The notes under the pieces were generated by a model. That model was not told the DNA's origin, made no database searches, and saw only the letters and a program-made list of their open reading frames with translations. A DNA stretch of 61,403 nucleotides from Xanthobacteraceae bacterium (GTDB taxonomy: Bacteria; Pseudomonadota; Alphaproteobacteria; Rhizobiales; Xanthobacteraceae). Position numbers and translations under genes: made by a program. Position 1 is the first letter of the stretch, and every line of letters begins with the position of its first letter. Location: assembly GCA_035601815.1 (NCBI GenBank), contig DATNNN010000160.1, positions 1-61,403 of the forward strand. The letters are read 5' to 3'. Below, one piece after another: positions 1 to 9,932 of this stretch.

Positions 1-1272
1 TCAGGCGGAAAGCCAGGGCGGCAGCCGGTCCAGCGCGATCAGCGCGTCGGCATCGAGGCGCGGCCTTACGATCGCCGCCTCCGCCTCGCGCACGAGAACC
101 TCCGGCACGAGGGGCCGGGTGTTGTAGGTCGAGGCCTCCACCGCGCCGTAGGCGCCGGCGGTCATCACGGCGAGAAGGTCGCCCTCGGCCGCCTTGGGCA
201 GGCGCCGGTCGAGCGCGAGATAATCGCCGGACTCGCACACCGGCCCCACCACGTCGGCGGTGATCCATTCGACGTCGGCGCGCGGCGCGCGCACCGGGCG
301 GATCTCGTGATAGGCGCCGTAGAGGGTCGGGCGGATGAGATCGTTCATGGCGGCGTCCACCACGATGAACGTCTTCTTCTCGCCGCGCTTGACGTAGAGC
401 ACGCGGGTGACGAGCACGCCGGCGTTGCCGGCGATCATGCGGCCGATCTCGAACACGAGCTTGAGGCCAAGCCCGGCGGCGTGCCGCTTGATCACGGCGG
501 CGAAGGCCGACGGCAGCGGCGGCTCGGGATCGTCTACGCGGTAGGGGATGCCGAGGCCGCCGCCGAAGTCCATGTGCTCCAGGCGATGGCCCTCGCGCAG
601 CAAGTCGCGGGCGAGCTCGGCGAGGAGGGCCGCGGCATTGTCGTAAGGATCGAGGTCGGTGATCTGGCTGCCGATGTGCATGTCGACGCCAGTGACGCGG
701 ATGCCGGGCAACTGCCCGGCGCGGGCATAGACCTCGCGGGCGCGCGCGATGGGGATGCCGTGCTTGCTCTCGGCGTGGCCGGTCGAGATCTTGGCGTGGG
801 TCTTGGCGTCGATGTCGGGATTGACGCGCACCGAAACGGGCGCCACGCGCTTCGACGTCGCCGCCACTTCGGAGACGGCGTCGAGCTCCGCCTCGCTCTC
901 GACGTTGAAGCAGAAAATGCCGGCGTCGAGGGCGGCGGAAATCTCGTCGCGCGTCTTGCCGACACCGGAGAACACGATCTTGCCGGGCGGGACGCCGGCG
1001 GCCAGCGCCCGCTTCAGCTCGCCGCCCGAAACGATGTCGGCGCCGGCGCCGAGGCGGGCGAGCGTCGCCACCACCGCCTGGTTGGAATTCGCCTTGAGCG
1101 CGTAGCAGACGAGCGCCGGCGCATCGGCGAACGCCTGGGCGAACACCTTGTAATGGCGCTCGAGCGTCGCCGTCGAATAGCAATAGAACGGCGTGCCGAC
1201 GCGGTCGGCGAGCCGGATAAGGTCGACGTCCTCGGCGAAGAGGATGCCGTCACGGTAGGCAAAGTGGTGCAT
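1..1272 (-). CDS. lysA: Diaminopimelate decarboxylase
   Basis: Complete 423-aa ORF. Full-length resemblance to PLP-dependent group IV decarboxylases (GTPFYCYS, ALKANSN, GGGLGIPY, CESGD). Lies in lysA-lipoprotein-argH synteny. Confidence 0.93.
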   Translation of the reverse strand: MHHFAYRDGILFAEDVDLIRLADRVGTPFYCYSTATLERHYKVFAQAFADAPALVCYALKANSNQAVVATLARLGAGADIVSGGELKRALAAGVPPGKIVFSGVGKTRDEISAALDAGIFCFNVESEAELDAVSEVAATSKRVAPVSVRVNPDIDAKTHAKISTGHAESKHGIPIARAREVYARAGQLPGIRVTGVDMHIGSQITDLDPYDNAAALLAELARDLLREGHRLEHMDFGGGLGIPYRVDDPEPPLPSAFAAVIKRHAAGLGLKLVFEIGRMIAGNAGVLVTRVLYVKRGEKKTFIVVDAAMNDLIRPTLYGAYHEIRPVRAPRADVEWITADVVGPVCESGDYLALDRRLPKAAEGDLLAVMTAGAYGAVEASTYNTRPLVPEVLVREAEAAIVRPRLDADALIALDRLPPWLSA

Positions 1273-1287
1273 GGGACTTCAGTAGCG

Positions 1288-1554
1288 TCAGAGCAGGGGG
1301 TCGAGAGCGAACTCATCGTTCGGTTTGGACGGCGTTCCCAACCCTTTGAGCTCGCGCTGACGGCGCCGGTCGATCGGCCCGGTGGCGACCGGCGGCGGCG
1401 GATTGATCGCCGCCTTCATTTCGCTGGCCACGGCGGCCGTGGCGGGCGGCGGCTCGAGCGGGCCCTTGACGCCGCAACCCGCGAGCAGGAGCGCGGCCGC
1501 GATTGCGCCGACAACGGCGAGGCGGCGACGGATGCGCGCGAAGGAATGAGCCAC
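1288..1554 (-). CDS. Small lipoprotein (function unknown)
   Basis: 88-aa ORF with a signal peptide and lipobox (AALLLAGC). Pro-rich mature part. Conserved position between argH and lysA. Confidence 0.6.
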   Translation of the reverse strand: MAHSFARIRRRLAVVGAIAAALLLAGCGVKGPLEPPPATAAVASEMKAAINPPPPVATGPIDRRRQRELKGLGTPSKPNDEFALDPLL

Positions 1555-1620
1555 GTTGATCTCCCGAGACCGGCTGGCACTATCACGAAAACCTGTGGCG
1601 AGGCGAGGGCGAAAGCGCGC

Positions 1621-3018
1621 CTAGCGTTTGCGGCCCTTGCGACCGAGCCGTTTTAGCCAGCGGCGGGCCTGAGTGCGCACGTTCTTGGGCGCGGTGCCGC
1701 CGAAGCTCGTGCGGCTGCGTACCGAGCGGCCGACGGAGAGTACGGAAAGCACGTCGTCGGTGAGCTTGGGCGCGACCGTCTTCATCTCGGCGATGGGGAG
1801 CCGATGCAGCGGCAGTCCCGCCGTCTCGGCGCGGGACACGAGCTTGCCTGCCGCGGCGTGAGCGTCGCGGAACGGAAGCTTCAGCTTGCGCACCAGATAG
1901 TCGGCGAGATCGGTGGCGGTGGAATAGCCGCCGGCGGCCGCGGCCTTCATGCGTTTCTCGTCGGGCTCGAGGTCGCGCACCATGCCGGCGGTGGCGGCGA
2001 TGACGAGGGAGAGCGTCGACAGCGCGTCGAAGGTCCCCTCCTTGTCCTCCTGCAAGTCCTTGGCGTAGGCAAGCGGCAAGCCTTTCATCACCACGAGCAA
2101 CTGCACCAGCGCGCCGATGATGCGGCCGGCCTTGGCGCGCACGAGCTCGGCGGCGTCGGGGTTGCGCTTCTGCGGCATGATCGATGAGCCGGTGGTGAAG
2201 CGGTCGGAGAGCTTGATGAAGCCGAACGGCGGCGACGCCCAGATCACGATCTCCTCGGCGAGCCGCGACAGGTGCGTGGCGGCGATGGCGGCGGCGGCGA
2301 GCGTCTCCAAGACGAAGTCGCGGTCGGAGACGGCGTCCAGCGAATTCGCCATGGGCCGGTCGAAGCCGAGTGCTTTCGCCGTCATGTCGCGATCGATGGG
2401 GAAAGCGGTGCCGGCGAGTGCCGCGGCGCCGAGCGGCGACTCGTTCAGTCGCTTGCGCGCATCAGCAAGCCGGCTGCGGTCGCGCGCCAGCATCTCGACA
2501 TAGGCCAGAAGATGATGACCGAACGTCACCGGCTGCGCGGTCTGCAGGTGCGTGAAACCCGGCATGACCACGGCGGCGTGGGCGAGCGCCTTCTCGGCGA
2601 GCGCCTGTTGTAGGTCGGCGAGCGCGGCATCGGTGGCGTCGATCTCGTCACGGACATAGAGGCGGAAATCCGTCGCCACCTGGTCGTTGCGCGAGCGCGC
2701 CGTATGCAGCCGTCCGCCCGCCGGGCCGATGAGCGCCTTGAGCCGCGCCTCCACGTGGCTGTGGATGTCCTCGAGCGCCCGGGAAAATTTGAACTTACCG
2801 CCCTCGATCTCGCGCAGGATCGTACCGAGGCCTTGGGCGATTTTCTTCGCGTCGGCCGCCGTGATGATGCCTTGCTTGGCGAGCATGCGGGCGTGCGCCT
2901 GCGAGCCCCGGATATCCTGGGCGTACAGGCGCCGGTCGAAGTCGATCGAGGCGTTGATCGCCTCGAGGAGCGCGTCCGGCTTGCCCTCGAAGTGTCCGCC
3001 CCACATCTTCTTTTCCAT
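1621..3018 (-). CDS. argH: Argininosuccinate lyase
   Basis: 465-aa ORF with the fumarate-lyase family signature [13 protein letters not shown]-terminus [11 protein letters not shown] is typical of ArgH. Confidence 0.95.
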   Translation of the reverse strand: MEKKMWGGHFEGKPDALLEAINASIDFDRRLYAQDIRGSQAHARMLAKQGIITAADAKKIAQGLGTILREIEGGKFKFSRALEDIHSHVEARLKALIGPAGGRLHTARSRNDQVATDFRLYVRDEIDATDAALADLQQALAEKALAHAAVVMPGFTHLQTAQPVTFGHHLLAYVEMLARDRSRLADARKRLNESPLGAAALAGTAFPIDRDMTAKALGFDRPMANSLDAVSDRDFVLETLAAAAIAATHLSRLAEEIVIWASPPFGFIKLSDRFTTGSSIMPQKRNPDAAELVRAKAGRIIGALVQLLVVMKGLPLAYAKDLQEDKEGTFDALSTLSLVIAATAGMVRDLEPDEKRMKAAAAGGYSTATDLADYLVRKLKLPFRDAHAAAGKLVSRAETAGLPLHRLPIAEMKTVAPKLTDDVLSVLSVGRSVRSRTSFGGTAPKNVRTQARRWLKRLGRKGRKR

Positions 3019-3042
3019 GACTTCTTCCTCTAAAGGACCGGT

Positions 3043-3720
3043 ATGACCGATCCCATTCCCGAGCTTCCCCGCGAATCCAAGCGCGGGCCCCGGCGTACCG
3101 GCCTGATCGTGGTGGCGGCGCTGGCAGGCGCGGCCGTCGGGCTCGCGGCGGTATACGGGATCGGCGGCATCAAGCGCAATGGAACGGCGGCGACCGACCC
3201 CGCCTGCGTTGCCGCCGCCGCCATGGCGCGGCGCCTCGCTCCGCTCGCGCGCGGGGAGGTCGCGGCGTTAACGCTGAATCAAAACCCGCAGCGGCTGCCC
3301 GATCTCACGTTCCTCGGCGCCGACGGCAAGCCGGTGAAGCTTTCGGATTTCCGCGGCCGGACGGTGCTCCTGAACCTGTGGGCGACGTGGTGCGTGCCCT
3401 GCCGCAAGGAGATGCCGGCGCTCGATCAGCTCGCGCGCCAAGCAGGCGACAAGTTCGAGGTGGTGGCCATCAACCTCGATACCGGCGACCGGCAGAAGCC
3501 GAAGCGATTCCTCGCGGAGATCGGCGTCAGCAAGCTCGCCTACTACGAGGACCCGTCCACCGGCGTGTTCCAGGAGCTGAAACGCCTCGGCCACGCGCCC
3601 GGTCTGCCCACGTCGATCCTCATCGACGGCGAGGGATGCGAGATCGGCTATCTCGCCGGGCCGGCGGAGTGGGCGTCGGCGGACGCGCTCAAGCTCGTGC
3701 GCGCGGCGGTCGGCGGATGA
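3043..3720 (+). CDS. tlpA: Thiol:disulfide interchange protein TlpA (membrane-anchored thioredoxin-like)
   Basis: 225 aa with an N-terminal TM anchor. Active site [16 protein letters not shown] and C-terminal [21 protein letters not shown] closely match Bradyrhizobium TlpA as I recall it. Divergent from argH. Confidence 0.85.
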   Translation: MTDPIPELPRESKRGPRRTGLIVVAALAGAAVGLAAVYGIGGIKRNGTAATDPACVAAAAMARRLAPLARGEVAALTLNQNPQRLPDLTFLGADGKPVKLSDFRGRTVLLNLWATWCVPCRKEMPALDQLARQAGDKFEVVAINLDTGDRQKPKRFLAEIGVSKLAYYEDPSTGVFQELKRLGHAPGLPTSILIDGEGCEIGYLAGPAEWASADALKLVRAAVGG

Positions 3721-3768
3721 CCGGCGAAAACGGGTCGCGCCGGCGGACGGCCGCTGGCATATAGAACC

Positions 3769-4683
3769 ATGCCGCGCATCCAGCCCATGAGCGCCCTCGA
3801 CTGGGCCGCCCTCGTGCTCCTGTCACTCATGTGGGGGGCGTCCTTCTTCTTTGCCGGGGTGGCGCTGATGGAAATCCCGCCGTTCACGCTCACCTTCATC
3901 CGCATCTCGGTGGCCGCGGCGATGCTGATCGTGATCCTCGCCGCCTCCGGCAGCTTCGTGCGGGTCGATCTGCGGACGATCGGCGGCTTCTTCATGATGG
4001 GCTTCATCAACAACGTCATCCCCTTCAACCTTCTGTTCTGGGGGCAGACGCACATCGCGAGCGGCCTGGCCTCGATCTTCAACGCGACCATGCCGTTGTT
4101 CACCGTGGTGGTGGCGCACTTCGTCACCCATGACGAGAAGATGACGCCGGGAAGGGTGGCGGGGCTCGTGCTCGGCTTCGCCGGCGTCGTGGTGATGATC
4201 GGCCCGGAGCTCATGCGCGAGCTCGGCACCAACGTGCTGGCGCAGGTCGCCTGTCTCGTCGCCGCGTTCTTCTACGCGATCTCGGCGATCTATGCGCGGC
4301 GGTTTCGCGAGCTGCCGCCGCTCGTGCTCGCCACCGGGCAGCTCTCGGCCTCGACGCTCATGCTGGCTCCGCTCGTGCTGATCGACCGGCCGTGGACGCT
4401 GCCGATGCCGTCGATGCGCGCGCTCTGGGCGGCGCTCGGCATCGCGGTCATCTCCACGGCGCTCGCCTATCTCGTCTACTACCGCATCATCGCCAAGAAC
4501 GGTGCCACCAACGTCTCGCTCGTCACCTTCCTCATCCCGGTGAGCGCGATCCTGCTTGGCGTGACGTTCCTCAAGGAGACGCTGACGCCGAACGAGCTGA
4601 TTGGCTTCGCGCTGATCGGCTTGGGCTTGGCCGCGATCGACGGGCGGCCGGCGGCGCGCCTACAGAAAGCGTTCGTGCGCTAG
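3769..4683 (+). CDS. EamA/DMT family transporter
   Basis: 304-aa polytopic membrane protein with two EamA-like halves. Its stop codon (4681-4683) overlaps the relic hbd stop on the opposite strand. Confidence 0.85.
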   Translation: MPRIQPMSALDWAALVLLSLMWGASFFFAGVALMEIPPFTLTFIRISVAAAMLIVILAASGSFVRVDLRTIGGFFMMGFINNVIPFNLLFWGQTHIASGLASIFNATMPLFTVVVAHFVTHDEKMTPGRVAGLVLGFAGVVVMIGPELMRELGTNVLAQVACLVAAFFYAISAIYARRFRELPPLVLATGQLSASTLMLAPLVLIDRPWTLPMPSMRALWAALGIAVISTALAYLVYYRIIAKNGATNVSLVTFLIPVSAILLGVTFLKETLTPNELIGFALIGLGLAAIDGRPAARLQKAFVR

Positions 4684-4744
4684 CGCGTCGGCACCGGCTT
4701 GTCGCCGCGGTAGTCGTAGAAGCTGCGGCCCGCCTTGCGGCTGA
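4680..4744 (-). pseudogene. Relic 3' end of hbd (last ~20 codons: ...GRSFYDYRGDKPVPTR*); left copy of the direct repeat
   Basis: 4681-4741 matches 5723-5783 with 1 mismatch over 61 nt (2 over 64 nt). The translation equals the C-terminus of the intact Hbd except for G->S. Confidence 0.85.
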
Positions 4745-5786
4745 ATTTTTTGAGTTCAACCATCGACGTTGAATACCGAGCGATAGCTGGCGTCCGCAAA
4801 GATTTTGCTCTTTTGAGCAGCGTCGTATCTCGGCACGGCAGCGGCAGATAGGTCCCTGTCCGAAAACATTCCGTACACGACAAACCAACCTTCGCTCGCG
4901 CGGTAATCCGGCGCGATATGCTCGCGAACCACTTCAAGTAATAGATTCAGCGCTCTTGCGATTTCTGCTGCCCTTTCGCGAGCCTCCTTAATCACGCTCT
5001 CCCACTTTTTTGATAGTCTTTCGTAGCGGTCCTCGTCCCATTCGCTTATTTGGTAAAATTTCGGAATGCAATAAAACTGAGGAAGCATGTCATGGCCGGA
5101 GTGTTGAACAAAAAAATGTATGTAATCATCAATGGCCTTTGTCAGGTTTAGTGCAGAGATTTCTATTTTTGGCATTGAATTCGGCCAAAATTGACGTGCG
5201 ATCCAAGTGGCAAATCCGAAGAGCATGTCCGCGAATTCTTTTTGGATCATTGGATACTCATCACTAGCCATCCAACCAAGCCATCCATCTGCTTTGTCAA
5301 AGCGCAACATTTGCTCGATATTTGCGATGATCGATGCGTATTTTTCTTTGGTCGCTAGGTCGCTCTTTTGTTGCGGAGAGAGTTGCGCCTCGACCCATGC
5401 TTCATGGGTGGCCTTCATTTCGCGAAGTTTGTCCACAGTATAGGTGTCTTCGTGATCATCCACGATCTTGTGATCGATCCGACAAAGTAGAATCAGATTG
5501 TCGTAAGAATCACGAAATTCCTCCGGGTAGGTTGGATCGAAGCGAGGGCCACCTGGGCTCCTAGCCTTAATGTGACAAACATCTCCAGTGATTGATGGAT
5601 CTAGAGAATTGTCGGCACGATAGGTTACTAGCCGACGACAGTCCGGATTGGAGCATCTAGCTCCGGCGCGGCCCCACAAACTTACGCGCGTTACGAGCGA
5701 GACCATCGTTTTGCAAACGAGTTAGCGCGTCGGCACCGGCTTGTCGCCGCGGTAGTCGTAGAAGCCGCGGCCCGCCTTGCGGCCGA
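4745..5786. mobile_element. 1,042-bp low-GC insertion: HNH nuclease gene plus a replacement copy of the hbd 3' end
   Basis: The offset between repeat copies is exactly 1,042 bp. Hand-counted lines inside give about 35-47% G+C versus about 73% just outside. The cargo is a single ORF with 13-nt and 15-nt flanks. No recombinase is present. Confidence 0.45.
4756..5706 (-). CDS. HNH endonuclease with an uncharacterised ~230-aa C-terminal helical domain
   Basis: 316 aa. N-terminal beta-beta-alpha-Me/Zn motif: C18-x4-C23, CHI (H45), DNLILLC (N70, C75), DH (H79). The rest has no motif I recognise. Low GC. Lies 15 nt downstream of the hbd stop on the same strand. Confidence 0.85.
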   Translation of the reverse strand: MVSLVTRVSLWGRAGARCSNPDCRRLVTYRADNSLDPSITGDVCHIKARSPGGPRFDPTYPEEFRDSYDNLILLCRIDHKIVDDHEDTYTVDKLREMKATHEAWVEAQLSPQQKSDLATKEKYASIIANIEQMLRFDKADGWLGWMASDEYPMIQKEFADMLFGFATWIARQFWPNSMPKIEISALNLTKAIDDYIHFFVQHSGHDMLPQFYCIPKFYQISEWDEDRYERLSKKWESVIKEARERAAEIARALNLLLEVVREHIAPDYRASEGWFVVYGMFSDRDLSAAAVPRYDAAQKSKIFADASYRSVFNVDG

Positions 5787-6603
5787 GCCAGCCGGCCTCG
5801 ACGTATTTCACCAGGAGCGGACAGGGGCGGTACTTGGAATCGGCCAGGCCCTCGTGCAGCACCTGCATCACCGAGAGCACCGTATCGAGGCCGATGAAGT
5901 CGGCGAGCTGCAGCGGGCCCATGGGGTGGTGGGCGCCGAGGCGCATGGCGGTATCGATCCCGTCCACCGAGCCCACGCCTTCGTAGAGCGTGTAGATCGC
6001 CTCGTTGATCATGGGCAAAAGGATGCGGTTGACCATGAACGCCGGGAAGTCCTCGGCCACCGCGTAGGTCTTGCCGAGCTTCGTCACGAACGCCTTGGCG
6101 AGCTCGAAGGTCTCCTCGCCGGTGGCGATGCCGCGCACGAGCTCGACCAGCTCCATGACCGGCACCGGGTTCATGAAGTGAATGCCGATGAAGCGCTCGG
6201 GCCGGTTGGTGGAGGCGGCGAGGCGCGTGATCGAGATCGACGAGGTGTTGGTGGCGATCGTCGCGTCGGGCTTCAGGATCGGCGACAGGTCGGTGAAGAT
6301 CTTGCGCTTGACCTCTTCCTTCTCGCTCGCCGATTCAATCACGAGATCGCAGTCGGCGAGATCGCCCATGCGCTCGGCTGGCTGGATGTGGGCGAGCGCC
6401 GCCTTGCGCTCGTCCTCCTTGATCGTGCCCTTCGACACCTGGCGCGCCATGTTGCCGTTGATGGTGGCGAGCGCCGATTTCACCCGCTCCGGGCTCACGT
6501 CGTGGATCAGGATGTCGTAGCCGGCGAGGGCGCCGACGTGGGCGATGCCGTTGCCCATCTGGCCGGCGCCGATTACCCCAATCTTTTTCAGCGGCTTCGC
6601 CAT
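5722..6603 (-). CDS. hbd: 3-hydroxybutyryl-CoA dehydrogenase (NAD-binding 3-hydroxyacyl-CoA dehydrogenase)
   Basis: 293 aa with a Rossmann motif IGVIGAGQMGNGIA. Full-length Hbd/PaaH-like. Follows etfBA. Confidence 0.92.
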   Translation of the reverse strand: MAKPLKKIGVIGAGQMGNGIAHVGALAGYDILIHDVSPERVKSALATINGNMARQVSKGTIKEDERKAALAHIQPAERMGDLADCDLVIESASEKEEVKRKIFTDLSPILKPDATIATNTSSISITRLAASTNRPERFIGIHFMNPVPVMELVELVRGIATGEETFELAKAFVTKLGKTYAVAEDFPAFMVNRILLPMINEAIYTLYEGVGSVDGIDTAMRLGAHHPMGPLQLADFIGLDTVLSVMQVLHEGLADSKYRPCPLLVKYVEAGWLGRKAGRGFYDYRGDKPVPTR

Positions 6604-6608
6604 GGCGG

Positions 6609-7553
6609 TCAGGCCTTGTTCTTGTCGAGCTCTTTCGCGAGCTCGGGCAGCACCTGGAACAGATCGCCGACCAGGCCATAGTCGGCGACCTGGAAGATCG
6701 GCGCCTCCTCGTCCTTGTTGATGGCGACGATGACCTTGGAGTCCTTCATGCCGGCAAGATGCTGGATGGCGCCGGAGATGCCGGCGGCGATGTAGAGCTC
6801 GGGGGCCACCACCTTGCCGGTCTGGCCGACCTGCCAGTCGTTCGGCGCGTAGCCGGCGTCGACGGCGGCGCGCGAGGCGCCGACGGCGGCGCCGAGCTTG
6901 TCGGCCACGGGCTCGATGTATTTGGCGAAGTTCTCCTTGCTCGCGAGCGCGCGGCCGCCGGAGAGGATGATGCGCGCGGCGGTAAGCTCGGGCCGATCCG
7001 ACTTCGACAATTCTTCGCCGACGAAACCGGAAAGACCGGGGTCGGCGGCCGCGGCGACCGGCTCGATCGGCGCGCTGCCGTCTTCGCCCGCCGCCTGAAA
7101 GCCGGCGGTGCGCACGGTGATCACCTTCTTCTTGTCGCCGGACTGCACCGTCTCGATGGCGTTGCCGGCGTAGATCGGCCGCTCGAAGGTGTCGGGGGAG
7201 ACCACCTTGGTGATCTCGGAGACCTGCATCACGTCGAGGAGTGCCGCCACCCGCGGCATGATGTTCTTGCCGGCGGTGGTGGCGGGCGCGACGATCGCAT
7301 CGTAGTTCGCCGCGAGCGACACGATCAGCGCCGCCATGGGCTCGGCGAGGCGATGGGCATAACGCGCGTCGTCGGCGATGAGCACCTTCGATACGCCGCC
7401 GAGCTTGGCGGCGGCCTCGGCCGCGGTTTTCGCGTTCTGGCCGGCGACCAGCACGTGCACGTCGCCGCCGATGGCTTTCGCGGCGGTGAGCGCCTTGGCG
7501 GTGACGCCGTTCAGGGTCTTGTCGTCATGCTCGGCGACGAGGAGGACCGCCAT
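6609..7553 (-). CDS. etfA: Electron transfer flavoprotein subunit alpha
   Basis: 314 aa with the C-terminal FAD-binding region ([19 protein letters not shown]). Overlaps the etfB stop by 1 nt. Confidence 0.93.
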   Translation of the reverse strand: MAVLLVAEHDDKTLNGVTAKALTAAKAIGGDVHVLVAGQNAKTAAEAAAKLGGVSKVLIADDARYAHRLAEPMAALIVSLAANYDAIVAPATTAGKNIMPRVAALLDVMQVSEITKVVSPDTFERPIYAGNAIETVQSGDKKKVITVRTAGFQAAGEDGSAPIEPVAAAADPGLSGFVGEELSKSDRPELTAARIILSGGRALASKENFAKYIEPVADKLGAAVGASRAAVDAGYAPNDWQVGQTGKVVAPELYIAAGISGAIQHLAGMKDSKVIVAINKDEEAPIFQVADYGLVGDLFQVLPELAKELDKNKA

Positions 7554-8302
7554 CAGAGCACTCCCGCCTCGTTTCGTAGCTTGCTCACCAGCTCCTCGAC
7601 CGACTTCACCTTGACGCCCGCCTTGCGGCCGGCGGGCTCGACCGTCTTCAGCACCTTCAGGCGCGGGGCGGCGTCGACGCCGAGATCGGCGGCGGTCTTC
7701 TCGGCGATCGGCTTCTTCTTCGCCTTCATGATGTTGGGCAGCGAGGCGTAGCGCGGCTCGTTCAGGCGCAGGTCCGTGGTCACCACCGCCGGCATCTTCA
7801 GCTTCACCGTTTGCAGGCCGCCGTCGACCTCGCGGGTGACGCTGATGGCCTCGCCCTCGATCGCGATCTTGGAGGCGAAGGTACCCTGCGCCCAGCCGAG
7901 GAGCGCCGCCAGCATCTGGCCGGTCTGGTTGGAATCGTCGTCGATCGCCTGCTTGCCGAGGATGACGAGGCCGGGTTTCTCCTCGTCGACCACGGCCTTC
8001 AGAATCTTGGCGACCGCAAGCGGCTCGACGGTGCCGTCGATCTTCACGTGGATGCCGCGGTCGGCGCCCATGGCGAGCGCGGTGCGGATGGTCTCGGCCG
8101 CCTGCGCCGGGCCGATGGAGATTGCCACGATCTCGCTCGCCTGACCCTTTTCCTTGAGCCGGATCGCCTCCTCGACGGCGATCTCGTCGAACGGATTCAT
8201 CGACATCTTGACGTTGGCGAGGTCGACCCCGGAGCCGTCGGGTTTCACTCGAACCTTGACGTTGAAATCAACGACCCGCTTGACGGCTACCAACACTTTC
8301 AT
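7553..8302 (-). CDS. etfB: Electron transfer flavoprotein subunit beta
   Basis: Typical start [12 protein letters not shown]. The longest ORF extends two codons further, to 8308. Confidence 0.93.
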   Translation of the reverse strand: MKVLVAVKRVVDFNVKVRVKPDGSGVDLANVKMSMNPFDEIAVEEAIRLKEKGQASEIVAISIGPAQAAETIRTALAMGADRGIHVKIDGTVEPLAVAKILKAVVDEEKPGLVILGKQAIDDDSNQTGQMLAALLGWAQGTFASKIAIEGEAISVTREVDGGLQTVKLKMPAVVTTDLRLNEPRYASLPNIMKAKKKPIAEKTAADLGVDAAPRLKVLKTVEPAGRKAGVKVKSVEELVSKLRNEAGVL

Positions 8303-8383
8303 TCGCATCCCCTCCGCGGCGCATCTTGTCTGGTTATCTGGCCGGCGGCGAGACCGGCAACCTATGGCTCGGGTTTCGGCCTG

Positions 8384-9109
8384 TCAACGCGCGGCCGAGC
8401 CAGGATCGGACGCTACGGGTTCGAGCGCCGGCGGGCAGTCGAACAGTTTCACCCCCGGTCGGCGCAGCACGATCACCAGCAGAGCGCCCGCCAGCACGCC
8501 ACCGATATGCGCCGACCACGAGATGTCGCCTTGTGGGTCGGCCACGATGTTGACGACCTGCATCACCACCCAGAAACCAAGCGCCCAGTAAGCGGAAATC
8601 CTCACCGGCAGGCGGGCGAACAACAACACCCAGACTTTCTGGCAAGGGCGCAGCATCAGGTAGGCGGCGATGATGCCGGCCACCGCGCCGGAGGCGCCGA
8701 TCAACGGCACGTGCGAGGCGGGTCCGGAAACATAATGCCCGAGGCCGCCGGCGACGCCGCACAGAAGATAGAAGCCGAGAAAGCGCAGGTGACCCAGCGC
8801 AAGCTCAATATCGTCGCCGAACACCCAGAGAAAGAGCATGTTGCCGATGAGGTGCACGAAGTTGGCGTGCAGGAACATGTAGGTCACAAGCGTAACCACC
8901 CACGGCAGCGTTTGTGCGGCCACCTCCGCGTCGGGAGCGGACGGGCTCGGTGTGAAGGCGAGCATGCTGGCGAAGACGCCGATCGGGCTCGAGGCCGCCG
9001 CCGCGTAGGTGAGCGCGAAGATCGTGACGTTCATCGCGATCAGCGCCCAGGTCACGTAGGGCGGCGCGCGGAACTTGAACGGATTCTCGTCGTAGAGTGG
9101 AATGACCAT
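8384..9109 (-). CDS. Rhomboid family intramembrane serine protease
   Basis: 241 aa, polytopic. Motifs HANFVHLIGNM, GASGAVAG (catalytic Ser) and AHIGG (catalytic His). Confidence 0.85.
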   Translation of the reverse strand: MVIPLYDENPFKFRAPPYVTWALIAMNVTIFALTYAAAASSPIGVFASMLAFTPSPSAPDAEVAAQTLPWVVTLVTYMFLHANFVHLIGNMLFLWVFGDDIELALGHLRFLGFYLLCGVAGGLGHYVSGPASHVPLIGASGAVAGIIAAYLMLRPCQKVWVLLFARLPVRISAYWALGFWVVMQVVNIVADPQGDISWSAHIGGVLAGALLVIVLRRPGVKLFDCPPALEPVASDPGSAAR

Positions 9110-9115
9110 GGGTGC

Positions 9116-9688
9116 TCAGCGGTTCGCGCCGGGAACCCAGGTGACGTCCTTGGCGCCGCGGTCGTTGACGTAGCGCGCGGCCACGAACAGAAGGTCGGAC
9201 AGCCGGTTGAGATAGCGGATCAGCGGCGCGCCGATGTTCTCGCTCTCGCTCGACGCGAGCTCCACCACCAGGCGCTCGGCGCGGCGACAGATGGTGCGGG
9301 CGAGATGCAGATGCGCCGCCGCCGGCGTGCCGCCGGGTAGCACGAACGATTCGAGCGGCTTGAGCGCGGCGTTGAGCTTGTCGATGTCCGCTTCCAGACG
9401 CTCGACCTGACCGTCGGTCACGCGCAGCCGTTCGCGCTTGCCGTCCGCTTGCGGCACGGCGAGATCGGCGCCGAGGTCGAAGAGATCGTTCTGCACGCGT
9501 GCGAGAATGGCATCGACCTCGGGCTCGGCGGAGAGATGCAAGCGGGCGATGCCGAGAGCCGCGTTGGTCTCGTCGGTCGTGCCGTAGGCGGCGACGCGCA
9601 GGTCGTATTTCGGCCGGCGTGCGCCGGAGCCGAGCGCGGTGGTGCCGTCGTCGCCGGTGCGGGTATAGATGCGGTTGAGGACGACCAT
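9116..9688 (-). CDS. ATP:cob(I)alamin adenosyltransferase, PduO type
   Basis: 190 aa. N-terminus [11 protein letters not shown] is diagnostic of the PduO/MMAB family. Confidence 0.9.
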   Translation of the reverse strand: MVVLNRIYTRTGDDGTTALGSGARRPKYDLRVAAYGTTDETNAALGIARLHLSAEPEVDAILARVQNDLFDLGADLAVPQADGKRERLRVTDGQVERLEADIDKLNAALKPLESFVLPGGTPAAAHLHLARTICRRAERLVVELASSESENIGAPLIRYLNRLSDLLFVAARYVNDRGAKDVTWVPGANR

Positions 9689-9698
9689 GGCGCGCGCT

Positions 9699-9908
9699 TC
9701 AGCGTCCGAGCGCCCAGATGGTGAACATGACGATGACGATGGCGGCGAACTGCAGGAGCACGCGCAGGCGCATGAGCTTCTGCGAGGTGTTGGGCGAGCC
9801 GCCGCGCTTCATGTTGACGAGCCCGAGCACGAGCACCAGCGCAACGGCGCCGAGCGCGATCGGGAGGAAGAATTGCTGAAGAGTGGAGCCCATGGCTTGG
9901 TTTAGCAC
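9699..9908 (-). CDS. Twin-transmembrane-helix small protein (HIG1 domain)
   Basis: 69 aa with two TM helices around a basic loop (KRGGSPNTSQKLMRLRV), as in HIG1-domain proteins of alphaproteobacteria. The start may instead be the internal Met at 9893. Confidence 0.7.
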   Translation of the reverse strand: MLNQAMGSTLQQFFLPIALGAVALVLVLGLVNMKRGGSPNTSQKLMRLRVLLQFAAIVIVMFTIWALGR

Positions 9909-9932
9909 GCTCGCCTTAGTGAGCCTACCCGC

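Noticed and set aside
4680-4937. An 85-aa ORF ending in ...FYDYRGDKPVPTR that could be mistaken for a small gene.
   Set aside because: Only its last ~20 codons are the displaced hbd tail. The rest overlaps the HNH gene out of frame. It is a chimeric artefact of the insertion.
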